Source of the DNA: Myxococcota bacterium | Lineage (GTDB): Bacteria > Myxococcota > XYA12-FULL-58-9 > JABJBS01 | Assembly (NCBI GenBank): GCA_036339465.1 | Contig: JAYZAY010000073.1 | Span: forward strand, 29,502-93,501 | DNA length: 64,000 nucleotides | Reading direction: 5' to 3' | Shown here: piece after piece, positions 9,488 through 18,319 of the stretch | Position numbering within the stretch: the stretch's first letter is position 1 | Layout: every line of letters starts with the position of its first letter | Made by a program: the position numbers and the translations under genes | The notes under the pieces: model-generated | The model's input: the letters and a program-made list of their open reading frames with translations, nothing else | Databases searched by the model: none | What the model was told of the DNA's origin: nothing

Positions 9488-11785
9488 TTAACAAGATACT
9501 GGATTAGATTCCCCTGGGCTTGCCATCCCCAAACACCAACTGCCATCCGAGGCTCGGTAGAGCGTCGAACCGCTCCGAGGCATCAGTACTGGCGTCGAAA
9601 AGAGCGTTGTACCATCTTGGCCACGGATCTCAATCTCGAGATCACTATTGAACATATTGAGGCCATCAACAATCACATCTACAGCCACCTCCGACTCACT
9701 TCCGCCTGCCACCAAGAATTCTCCGGCCCCCAAAGGATAACATTGGTCTAAACCAATGAGTTCTTCACGAGGTGGGCTCTCGCCCTTTTTAGCCACCAAA
9801 AGAATGCCACCCACGTCCACTTCCACCGAACCGGCATTATAAAATTCGACCCACTCTTTCTTACTATCGGTAGAATCTGGATTTGCCATTAACTCCGAAA
9901 CAATCAACGCACCCTCCAAAGCCACCCGCGCCGCCTGAGGGCTCTGACCATCCACAAGACAACCAGCACCACAGACATTGGCAAAACCCGGGCTACCTCG
10001 GCCATCAAACACACCTGTGAGTTGAGACTGGCAATAAGCGTCCGCCGTATCATTTCCGGTAGCGCTTAGGTTCGCGGGATTAAGAGCATAGGAATAGCCC
10101 GATTGGGCTGCCAACACGTGAGATTCATCGATAACGAGGTCTCCCTGGGTCAATGTCAACTTGAGGGCGTTCGTATTGTAGAGTGCGAGTGAATCCACAA
10201 CCATCCCAATATTCTTCAGATTACCGTTCAACGTCGTATCTGCCTCTGGCGCCATCAAGAAATAACTTCCGGCGTCGGCCACAATACAGTCCTTTCCTAA
10301 AAGACTAAATTTTCGACTGTTTCCGGAGCCATCATCATTTTGAGCCACTGCGACTTCGAGCCCATTTAAATAGCGGGATTCATCGGCCGCCACATAGAGT
10401 TCCAAGAAATCCTTACCACCGGTTTTGGGATAAGCGTAAACCTCTGAGACGATCACATCACCGGCAACAAGCTCAACGATTTCGGCATAGCCACCATCCA
10501 CCACACAACTCTTCGAACCACAGATACCGTTCATAAACCCTGGAGTCGGCACCACGGGCTCATCGGAAACCTGAAACCCATCCCCTGAGAGACATCCGTC
10601 ACCGGCCGCAGTCTTGGGTGTGGTACTCAAAGCATCACGCATCCACGACATTCCATCCGCCACGTCCGACTCGAAAACCACACTGGACAAGACCGCCCCA
10701 TCCAAAGAAATTCGGACCTGAGTTCCCGCACCATTGGGCACACTAAGTCCCTCAAATCCCACAACCGCGCCCCCTTCCACCACCGGAGAACTGCCCTGCG
10801 CCGCATAAAAGACCCCATAGGCCCCCGGTGCCAAACTGAAGCATTTTGCTCGTTCTAGCAATCCAGTAAAACCCTTGGCCCCACTGGCACGAATCACCTC
10901 TACGAGTAGGCCGTTCAAGTCGACACTCTTCTGGGAATGATTCTGGATCTCTATCCATTCAAAACCCTGGTCGCTGCCGCCCGGGTTGGCAAAAACCTCG
11001 GTAATCAACAGATCACCTTCAACGGGAAAAACAGTATCGCGGGATACTCCACCATCATCACATTTTAAAAAACCGCATAGGGGATTGTTCTCGCCTGGTG
11101 TCGTGGGCCTTGCAGCCCCCTCTTCACTCGAGGTTTCACACCAATACTCTCGAGAATCGTTTCGTCGGCTGTCCGGTGTAAAGCTACCGTCCAAAGCCAA
11201 AGAATTCCCGGTTTTCGGGGCGGGTAAATTTTCCTCACCACCGTAAATGATGGAATCGATCAACGTGGTGCCGCAGCGTAAGCCAATCCCCCCACTCTCT
11301 TGTCCCAAGGTTCCAAAGCTCTCGCCGAATCGATCGGAACTATCAACTGAATCCGTACCATCGTGTTCAAACCGTAAATCATAGGAATAGTGTAAGAAAT
11401 CCAACGAACCAGCATTCCCGAACACACGATGGGACTTTGCTGGGATAAACATGCCTCGCCTCACAGAGTGATAGGCTTGGCGGGTTATCCCCCCATCGCC
11501 ACTCACCCCGTAACGCTCAAGGAGCATCCGATTAATCTCTTGTCCTTCATCCGAAGCGTTATAAACCTCAAACCATTCCCCATCGAAATCCGTACCAGCG
11601 GGATCAACAAAAAACTCCGTAATAACCAATTGCCCAGATTGAGCCGAGCATACTCTATCTTCGTTATTCTCGACCTGACAGGCCTGTAAAATGAGTATGC
11701 CCAAAGAAAACACAACCTTGCGAAGTAATGGAGCAGACAACAAGGTTTGTAGGAAAGAGCGAGACCCTGAGCGTAGACATACCAT
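9488..11785 (-). CDS. Lipoprotein with four lamin-tail domains (LTD)
   Basis: Lipobox LQAC; four [LV]I[TS]E...P...[ED][WF].E..N repeats, each ending in TPG/SPG..N with Cys linkers. Confidence 0.85.
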   Translation of the reverse strand: MVCLRSGSRSFLQTLLSAPLLRKVVFSLGILILQACQVENNEDRVCSAQSGQLVITEFFVDPAGTDFDGEWFEVYNASDEGQEINRMLLERYGVSGDGGITRQAYHSVRRGMFIPAKSHRVFGNAGSLDFLHYSYDLRFEHDGTDSVDSSDRFGESFGTLGQESGGIGLRCGTTLIDSIIYGGEENLPAPKTGNSLALDGSFTPDSRRNDSREYWCETSSEEGAARPTTPGENNPLCGFLKCDDGGVSRDTVFPVEGDLLITEVFANPGGSDQGFEWIEIQNHSQKSVDLNGLLVEVIRASGAKGFTGLLERAKCFSLAPGAYGVFYAAQGSSPVVEGGAVVGFEGLSVPNGAGTQVRISLDGAVLSSVVFESDVADGMSWMRDALSTTPKTAAGDGCLSGDGFQVSDEPVVPTPGFMNGICGSKSCVVDGGYAEIVELVAGDVIVSEVYAYPKTGGKDFLELYVAADESRYLNGLEVAVAQNDDGSGNSRKFSLLGKDCIVADAGSYFLMAPEADTTLNGNLKNIGMVVDSLALYNTNALKLTLTQGDLVIDESHVLAAQSGYSYALNPANLSATGNDTADAYCQSQLTGVFDGRGSPGFANVCGAGCLVDGQSPQAARVALEGALIVSELMANPDSTDSKKEWVEFYNAGSVEVDVGGILLVAKKGESPPREELIGLDQCYPLGAGEFLVAGGSESEVAVDVIVDGLNMFNSDLEIEIRGQDGTTLFSTPVLMPRSGSTLYRASDGSWCLGMASPGESNPVSC

Positions 11786-11866
11786 TGTTCGACATATCCT
11801 TGTGGCAATATAATTCGGGCAGCAGGCCTAACTTATTTATCCACTTAGGGTGCCGGGTCAATAAGT

Positions 11867-12340
11867 CTATTTCATTTTAGAAGCACAATCGGGATCAAAA
11901 CACTCACCATATAGCTCCATTTTGTGACTTGTCACATGAAAACCATAGCGAGCTGCCACCTCCTCCTGTAGGGCCTCGATTCTATCATCGACGAACTCGA
12001 CAATTTTTCCGCACCTTGTGCAAATCAAATGGTCGTGGTGGGCATCCCCTGCATCACTGGGCTCGTATCGGGTGTAGCCATCCTCAAAATGACGGGCCTC
12101 GGCCAACCCGCAATCCAGCAAGAACTTCATGGTACGATAAACCGTGGCCTGACTGATTTTGGGGTCTTTTTCACGCGCTCGCTGCATAATATCCTCAACG
12201 CGCATGTGTTCTTGTGAGCTGAAAAAAACCTCGGAGATCACCTCGCGCTGCCGCGAATTTTTCATGCCTAGTTCCTGGATATGGAAACGTAGCTGCTCTA
12301 ATTTTTCTTTGAGAATCGTGGACACCTTAACCTCACTCAA
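11867..12340 (-). CDS. fur: Fur-family metal-responsive regulator
   Basis: SRQRE, ISQATVYRT, HHDHLICTRCGKIVEF and ELYGEC. Confidence 0.92.
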   Translation of the reverse strand: MSEVKVSTILKEKLEQLRFHIQELGMKNSRQREVISEVFFSSQEHMRVEDIMQRAREKDPKISQATVYRTMKFLLDCGLAEARHFEDGYTRYEPSDAGDAHHDHLICTRCGKIVEFVDDRIEALQEEVAARYGFHVTSHKMELYGECFDPDCASKMK

Positions 12341-12400
12341 TACTAGTTAGCCCATCAAAATGCCTGGGTCAACATATCCTAAGCACCTAACTCACAAAGC

Positions 12401-13333
12401 TTATGAGGCTTCCAATTCCAAAACCGCCACTCCTTGAGCACACTGCAAAAAAAGCTCATGACCAAAAATAACACAGTCCCCTGGTATGGAATCACCGGAT
12501 TCATCCACTCGCAATCCCCGCTTCACGAAAAAAAGTTCGTCCTCCACTTCCACATAGACCCGCAGAAAAAACCTCGCCCCCGAGGCAAATCGCACCACAT
12601 GTTCAGCATCCCACTCCTTTTGCCGAATTCTTCCAAAACTGGCATCGGGTCGACCCGCCCGCGGGGTCTGACTGCCATCCTCAAGTTGCGGACACCCCTC
12701 TGGCAAACCATGGACCGCAGCCTTTTTCAATAATTCTAAAAGCGCCGGTGCCGCCCGACGCCCCGCCGCGTGAAATATCTCCGCTCCGGAATCGGTTTGG
12801 GATACGGCAAAGGGTTGCGTAGACAGAACAGGACCATGATCTTCTCTAGTATCCATATGATGAATCGAGACAAACCAGTCTCGAATACCCCAGTGCAGCT
12901 GCCAAAGGATCGGCGATGGCCCTCTCCACTCGGGTAATTTCGATGGATGAATATTCAAGGCCCCCTCCTTAAACGCCTCCAACACACCTATTGGAAAAAG
13001 CCTTGAAAAACCTGCACATACGAGAATATCCCCCTGGAGCTTCTCAATTTCTATTTTGGTTAACTCAGACCCAATATCCGAAATCTCCAAAACAGGGATC
13101 CCCGCTCCAAGGGCGAGGTCTGTGGTGGTCGGTTGATTTTGGGAAAACCAAGTCTTGAAGTGGCTTCGCACCCCAGCCCGGCGCCATCGAAAATGGGGTT
13201 CGTTGTTTCCTCCCCGTCGTCCTAAAAGACAAGTCGTCACCTGAAAATGTTCGTCTTGGGCCCTTAAGAGATAGTCCAATACCGGGGGCGCAAAAGGACC
13301 GTTTTGCCCTGCAAAAACAACCGATAGCGTCAT
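12401..13333 (-). CDS. Formyltransferase family protein (Fmt-like N-domain)
   Basis: LNIHPSKLPEWRGPSP and the EDHGP motif. C-terminal part short and divergent. Confidence 0.8.
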   Translation of the reverse strand: MTLSVVFAGQNGPFAPPVLDYLLRAQDEHFQVTTCLLGRRGGNNEPHFRWRRAGVRSHFKTWFSQNQPTTTDLALGAGIPVLEISDIGSELTKIEIEKLQGDILVCAGFSRLFPIGVLEAFKEGALNIHPSKLPEWRGPSPILWQLHWGIRDWFVSIHHMDTREDHGPVLSTQPFAVSQTDSGAEIFHAAGRRAAPALLELLKKAAVHGLPEGCPQLEDGSQTPRAGRPDASFGRIRQKEWDAEHVVRFASGARFFLRVYVEVEDELFFVKRGLRVDESGDSIPGDCVIFGHELFLQCAQGVAVLELEAS

Positions 13334-13348
13334 CTAACGTCGATACGC

Positions 13349-14845
13349 CTAGAACCGGAATTGTGCAACTAAGCGCATTTCTCTTTCAGTTTTGCCCGCC
13401 TCGCTCCCGAGAAGTTGATCCCCATAGTAATGCTCCGAAAACATCGCCGAAACCAACCCGATATTGGACCAAAAATAGTAATGAAGCGCCACTCTGGCCT
13501 GAAGCTCATTCCGAATCTTCTTCAGTTCGTGTTCCGCCTCTGAATCCGGATTCTGCTCAAACTCGGAAGCCAAGAATCCACCCACATCAAATCCAAGCAT
13601 CAAACGCTTGGGCCAAAGTAGGATTCCAAACTCCGCCCGCGATGCCGATTGCCAGGCGCCCCAATTCAACTCGCGTTTGGTATAGTTCTCAGCTTCGAAG
13701 ACCAGTCTTTTCCAGCGAAAAACCACCGCAGTATTGATGGCGGGATATCGCTCCCCTGCTCGCTGATCATATTTCACACCAAACCTGAGGGAAAGGCTGG
13801 TTGAAGTGGGCTGAAGTATGAAGGGTGTGTCCCAGCGGCTGTAGTAACCAATCACATTATAAACAAGCTGGGCACCCGCTGAATACGTGTAGTTGCGATT
13901 GTCATAACGGTAGTAGCGACCGCCAATATTCCCAGTAGACCGACCGCTACCACCGGCGACAAAAACGCGATAATTGAGCACGCCACCGTCCACACCAGGA
14001 ACCGGACCCTCCATATCCACAGCGGCACCGTTGCCCTGCTCAAAAGCTGAAGCAATGTAGTACGCAGGATCCAAAAGTAGCTGCTTGGCCGACGATTTAA
14101 CCAACGATGCAGACAAACCGCCACCACCACTGTTAATATTGATTCGGTGTCCTCCCCCCACGGGTACCTGGAACATCGCAAAGGTCAGACGGGGGGTTTT
14201 TTCGGCTCGAAGACTTACCAGATAGAAAGAATCTTGAATCAAGGGAATGGGGCCAAAGGAGCGAAGTTGCAACTTCGTAACCCGAGTATCTGTTTTTTGC
14301 TCCACAAAATCATATTCCTGAGCCAAATTTCCGACAATTGAAAACTTCATGCCAGGAGAACCACGACAAATCGCAACCTCGGGAGAATTCGCACAACCCG
14401 GATCAGCACAATCCACCAAACCATCAAAATCGTTGTCGATACCATCGGAACATAGGAGGTCATTGCGCTCACCATCATTATCCTGAGCCGGCGCGGATTG
14501 AATAGACGCATCCGCCTTCACGGGTGCACCTCCGTCCCAGGAACCCTTACAAACTTTGATGGTCGGCCCCTGACATAAAAAGTCGTCACAGTCCGTGTAG
14601 CCATTGCCATCATTGTCGATCCAATCGCTACAACGAAGATCCGTATTCTCGGCTTCACCGTCAGGCTTACATGCCTCGGTCTTCATACAATCCGCATCAG
14701 CGCAATCAACCATGCCATCGGCATCATCGTCGCTACGATCACTACAATTGGTTTCCGGTGCAGCGTGCGCAAAGCTCACCCCAAAAAACGGCGTTGCACC
14801 CAGTAAAAACAAAAAGTTCCACGCTAAAACTAAACGTCTATTCAT
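13349..14845 (-). CDS. Porin-like outer-membrane protein with three N-terminal Cys/Asp repeats
   Basis: Signal peptide (AHA-A), three C.D..D.D.[DN]G..DC.D..C repeats, then beta-strand-rich sequence ending RLVAQFRF. Confidence 0.7.
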   Translation of the reverse strand: MNRRLVLAWNFLFLLGATPFFGVSFAHAAPETNCSDRSDDDADGMVDCADADCMKTEACKPDGEAENTDLRCSDWIDNDGNGYTDCDDFLCQGPTIKVCKGSWDGGAPVKADASIQSAPAQDNDGERNDLLCSDGIDNDFDGLVDCADPGCANSPEVAICRGSPGMKFSIVGNLAQEYDFVEQKTDTRVTKLQLRSFGPIPLIQDSFYLVSLRAEKTPRLTFAMFQVPVGGGHRININSGGGGLSASLVKSSAKQLLLDPAYYIASAFEQGNGAAVDMEGPVPGVDGGVLNYRVFVAGGSGRSTGNIGGRYYRYDNRNYTYSAGAQLVYNVIGYYSRWDTPFILQPTSTSLSLRFGVKYDQRAGERYPAINTAVVFRWKRLVFEAENYTKRELNWGAWQSASRAEFGILLWPKRLMLGFDVGGFLASEFEQNPDSEAEHELKKIRNELQARVALHYYFWSNIGLVSAMFSEHYYGDQLLGSEAGKTEREMRLVAQFRF

Positions 14846-14868
14846 TTCCTATTCTCCAACCGGACAAA

Positions 14869-16053
14869 TTATTCGAAACATACTTTGATTTCATCATTAC
14901 AAACTGTGACCAAGGGATTCCATCGACAATCCCAATCCTCACAATCCACATAGGTATCACCATCATTATCTAAACCGTCACTACAAAATCGATTTACCTT
15001 CATTAGCGCATCCGCATCCTGCTTGCTCAAATCGAGGTTGCCATTGGCATCGTAGAGCCCTGACCGAGCATCAGGGAGATAGGCGCTCTCACGGCATACC
15101 TGCTTCACTTCGACACTATCGGCCCTTGAGCAGGAGAAATCACCACAATCGATATAGCCGTTACCATCATTATCAATACCATCGCTGCACCTCTCCACCG
15201 TATTTTCTAAGATCGATGCACAATAGTCCACGACCGCTTGAATCCCCGACTTCGTACAACTGTAGTCTGCGCAATCCACATAACCATTGCCGTCATTATC
15301 GATACCATCCTGGCATTTATCTAAGGTGTCTTCTTCTTTCTCTTCGCAAAAACTCGCCACTGCCTGATCCGGCGACTTCGAGCATGAGAAATCGGCACAA
15401 TCCACATAGCCATTCCCATCATTATCGATCCCATCCTGACACTTGGGCAGGGTGTCCTCGGGCTCACTCGCAGCCGAAGTCGTTCCTGCGGAGTCAGAAA
15501 CACAAAAAGACGCACAGCCCGTGTCTTTACAATCGATATTTCCATCGCCGTCGTCATCTTCACCGTTGCTACAAAGCTGTGCCGTATTCTCCACACACAC
15601 CGTCACAAAGAGTCCCATTCGACAGCTAAAATCCTCACAGTCCACATAACCATTGCCATCATTATCGAAGCCATCGGCACACATGGCATCACTAAATTCC
15701 GTTGCACAACAATGCTCGGGGATTGTATTGCAATCCGAATCACCACAATCAAACTGGCCATCGTTGTCATTGTCGATAAAATCCCAGCACTCATCACCCT
15801 CTTCTTTGGCTGAATCCTGAGGTTCTGGGGGTAAATACTCACCACACAGAGTTGAAAGCTCCAAACAATCACTGTCTTCACAATCAATACGGTTGTCACC
15901 ATCATTGTCCATGCCATCAGAACAGGCATCGTCGTTGGTCTCATAGCCATAAACAGGCTGCGAAGGACGGACATATTCACATGCAGGCAGACTAACGATT
16001 AAAAGAGAGATCCCAAAAACAGAACTTATTAAACCTAGAACAGTTTTTTTCAC
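14869..16053 (-). CDS. Lipoprotein built of eight C.DG.DND.[DN]G..DC.D..C repeats
   Basis: Lipobox LPAC; eight repeats counted. Start assigned to the GTG at 16053 after AGGAG. Confidence 0.85.
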   Translation of the reverse strand: MKKTVLGLISSVFGISLLIVSLPACEYVRPSQPVYGYETNDDACSDGMDNDGDNRIDCEDSDCLELSTLCGEYLPPEPQDSAKEEGDECWDFIDNDNDGQFDCGDSDCNTIPEHCCATEFSDAMCADGFDNDGNGYVDCEDFSCRMGLFVTVCVENTAQLCSNGEDDDGDGNIDCKDTGCASFCVSDSAGTTSAASEPEDTLPKCQDGIDNDGNGYVDCADFSCSKSPDQAVASFCEEKEEDTLDKCQDGIDNDGNGYVDCADYSCTKSGIQAVVDYCASILENTVERCSDGIDNDGNGYIDCGDFSCSRADSVEVKQVCRESAYLPDARSGLYDANGNLDLSKQDADALMKVNRFCSDGLDNDGDTYVDCEDWDCRWNPLVTVCNDEIKVCFE

Positions 16054-16064
16054 GTCGATTACTC

Positions 16065-17042
16065 CTAACGCAGACACACAGCTCGGTTGCCACCATATCG
16101 CCGCTTAAAGGGCACGTAGGTCATACAGCTATCGATTGTTCTCGTGGCCGCCACAAGTTTGCCATCCGCTTCTAATTTACGCAGATGCACTTCAACGCGC
16201 TTACGGTCTTTATGGGGTATAAAAGCAGCGACATTGTGTAACTTTAGCCAAATCGTCAAAAGATATTCCAATCGCACATCGTCATGGGGGGCGATGAGAT
16301 CTCGAATGTCGTCGTTCTGCTTTAATTCTGCGATGCAGGTCGTGATCACTGCGGGGGCCACAGTCACCTTATCCACACAGACCTCCTCACATTCTCGGTA
16401 AAGCTTTTGGTGCCTCAATTTCTCAGAGTGCCCGTCGGCAGAAGAAACCACTCGATTGTAAGCGAATTTTCTGCCCCCCTCATCGATAGAATGGAGAGAG
16501 GTTAAAACAAACTCGGGAACCCCGTGGGCCCACATTCCCCGGCGTTCACGCTGCGCCTTTGCTTGCACCTCTATGAGCTCTGGTGCTGCCCCTTCAGCCG
16601 TGACCGTCATAGCATGGGCTAAGCCCTTGGCCACTTGGTCCTTCCTTAGACTGGGACAATCAAAGAGGGTCCGCCCATAGATATCTTTTTCACCTTCGGA
16701 TTGACACGCCCAGGAGCCTCGCTCAGCATTTCTCGTCGCCATCTTTGCGTTGATATAAAGTTCCTTCGCCGTCCATTTTCCCCATCGATGAACAGGACCA
16801 TGACTTTCGAGGGTATTGAAACCCGCCAAACGTCCCTTCGTACCCGTATATTTCCCTTCGAGAACCCGAAAACTATCACCATCGTTGAAATAAACCGGTG
16901 AAGGTGTTCCGTTCACCTTCACCATAGCCCTCGCTCCCGCCATGGCCAATGAACCAAGACAAAAAGCAACCAGCCAGAACACAACGGACGTCTGGTTTAA
17001 GTATCTCGGACACTTAAATCCCTTTAAATGTAATATTCTCAT
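16065..17042 (-). CDS. Thermonuclease (SNase-fold) homologue with Cys-containing C-terminal extension
   Basis: FNDGDSF, RLAGFNTLES, DIYGRTL and AQRERRGMW; signal-like N-terminus. Confidence 0.75.
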   Translation of the reverse strand: MRILHLKGFKCPRYLNQTSVVFWLVAFCLGSLAMAGARAMVKVNGTPSPVYFNDGDSFRVLEGKYTGTKGRLAGFNTLESHGPVHRWGKWTAKELYINAKMATRNAERGSWACQSEGEKDIYGRTLFDCPSLRKDQVAKGLAHAMTVTAEGAAPELIEVQAKAQRERRGMWAHGVPEFVLTSLHSIDEGGRKFAYNRVVSSADGHSEKLRHQKLYRECEEVCVDKVTVAPAVITTCIAELKQNDDIRDLIAPHDDVRLEYLLTIWLKLHNVAAFIPHKDRKRVEVHLRKLEADGKLVAATRTIDSCMTYVPFKRRYGGNRAVCLR

Positions 17043-17253
17043 AACTCGGATTCCTTTGTTGGGCCGGTGAGAAAAGTTCCATCGCAGGCAGCAGCGGGCC
17101 AGGTGCATCTCATGGTTGGAGACAAGAGTCTAGGTCGAAGTATAATCTTTTTTCTTTTGTGCCTAAGAGCTTGACCTTCGCAAAGAAACGGTTGACTTGT
17201 TAGATTTTGAGGATGAACACTTGGCTCTCGAACTCGGAGGAGCGTAACAACCA

Positions 17254-17820
17254 ATGATTCGACTCATCTTGATATTCGCTCTTCCATGGGGGGCTCTATC
17301 CGCCTGCATCGTTGATGACGGCAGTCTAAACAGCGACTTCAAAACCCACGATACCCCCATTGACCGCCAAGAGCTCAGCTCCACCGAGGTGTTTTCTTAC
17401 CCTGCTACGGTTCGTTCAGTGATCGATGGTGACACCATTGAGGTCCTGTATGAAAATGAAAAGCTTCGCATTCGTCTGAAAGGCATAGATACTCCTGAAT
17501 TAACCAAATGTTCCCCTTGTCCCGAACGATTCGCCCAAAACGCGAAACAAATTGTCTGGAATGCCATCGGTAATTCTGTCGTGGGCCTCGAATTCGACAG
17601 CCAATGTGCTTCAATGCCCTTGGATACATGTCGCGACATGTATGATCGGGTGCTAAGCTATGTACGACTTCCTGGAAACATCGACCTCGGCGAGGAGCTC
17701 ATTGTTCGTGGACTCGCCCGAGTCTACCGATACAACAACGAAATCTTCGACCGCCTAAGCCCCTATGTCATTGCCCAAGACACCGCCAAAATCAATCAAC
17801 AGGGTATTTGGAGCCCCTAA
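17254..17820 (+). CDS. Thermonuclease (SNase) lipoprotein
   Basis: Lipobox LSAC; VIDGDT, IRLKGIDTPE, DMYDRVLSY and GIW, which together give the full SNase catalytic set. Confidence 0.92.
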   Translation: MIRLILIFALPWGALSACIVDDGSLNSDFKTHDTPIDRQELSSTEVFSYPATVRSVIDGDTIEVLYENEKLRIRLKGIDTPELTKCSPCPERFAQNAKQIVWNAIGNSVVGLEFDSQCASMPLDTCRDMYDRVLSYVRLPGNIDLGEELIVRGLARVYRYNNEIFDRLSPYVIAQDTAKINQQGIWSP

Positions 17821-17902
17821 AACAAGGCCATTTTACCGTTTTGTTTACAAATCCTACCGCCAATGTAATCTTGTTATGAATTTCGAACTTTGGGGAGGCT
17901 GC

Positions 17903-18319
17903 ATGCCGGCGCTAAGTCTATGGGGAAGGAAAGAATACAGTCACCCCTTACCGGTACTCGAGCTACCACCAATTCCTGCTCATTCGGCCATCAATCGACG
18001 ATTGCTCCCCCGATTCCTCGGGGAATTCCAAATTCACGACCACGACCACAACGATGACTATACCGGTATCAACGTCTCCTTTGGTGGACTGAGATGCTAC
18101 ACTCAAAATCCGGTCTGGCCTGGTAATATCATCAATATATCCTTCAACCTACCCGGCCTCGACAAATCCATTGCCGCCAAAGCAAAGGTTGAAGAAATTA
18201 TCGGTACCGGAGAAAAACTCGGTATGCGGCTCCGATTCGTTGACATCAAAGAAAATGAAAGAAAACGAATCGCAATTTGGATGACAAAACTCACTACGGG
18301 AAAAGAGAGAGCACCCTAG
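17903..18319 (+). CDS. PilZ-domain protein
   Basis: RLLPR (RxxxR) and NVSFGG (D/NxSxxG) motifs plus GMRLRF. Start placed after GGAGG. Confidence 0.85.
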   Translation: MPALSLWGRKEYSHPLPVLELPPIPAHSAINRRLLPRFLGEFQIHDHDHNDDYTGINVSFGGLRCYTQNPVWPGNIINISFNLPGLDKSIAAKAKVEEIIGTGEKLGMRLRFVDIKENERKRIAIWMTKLTTGKERAP

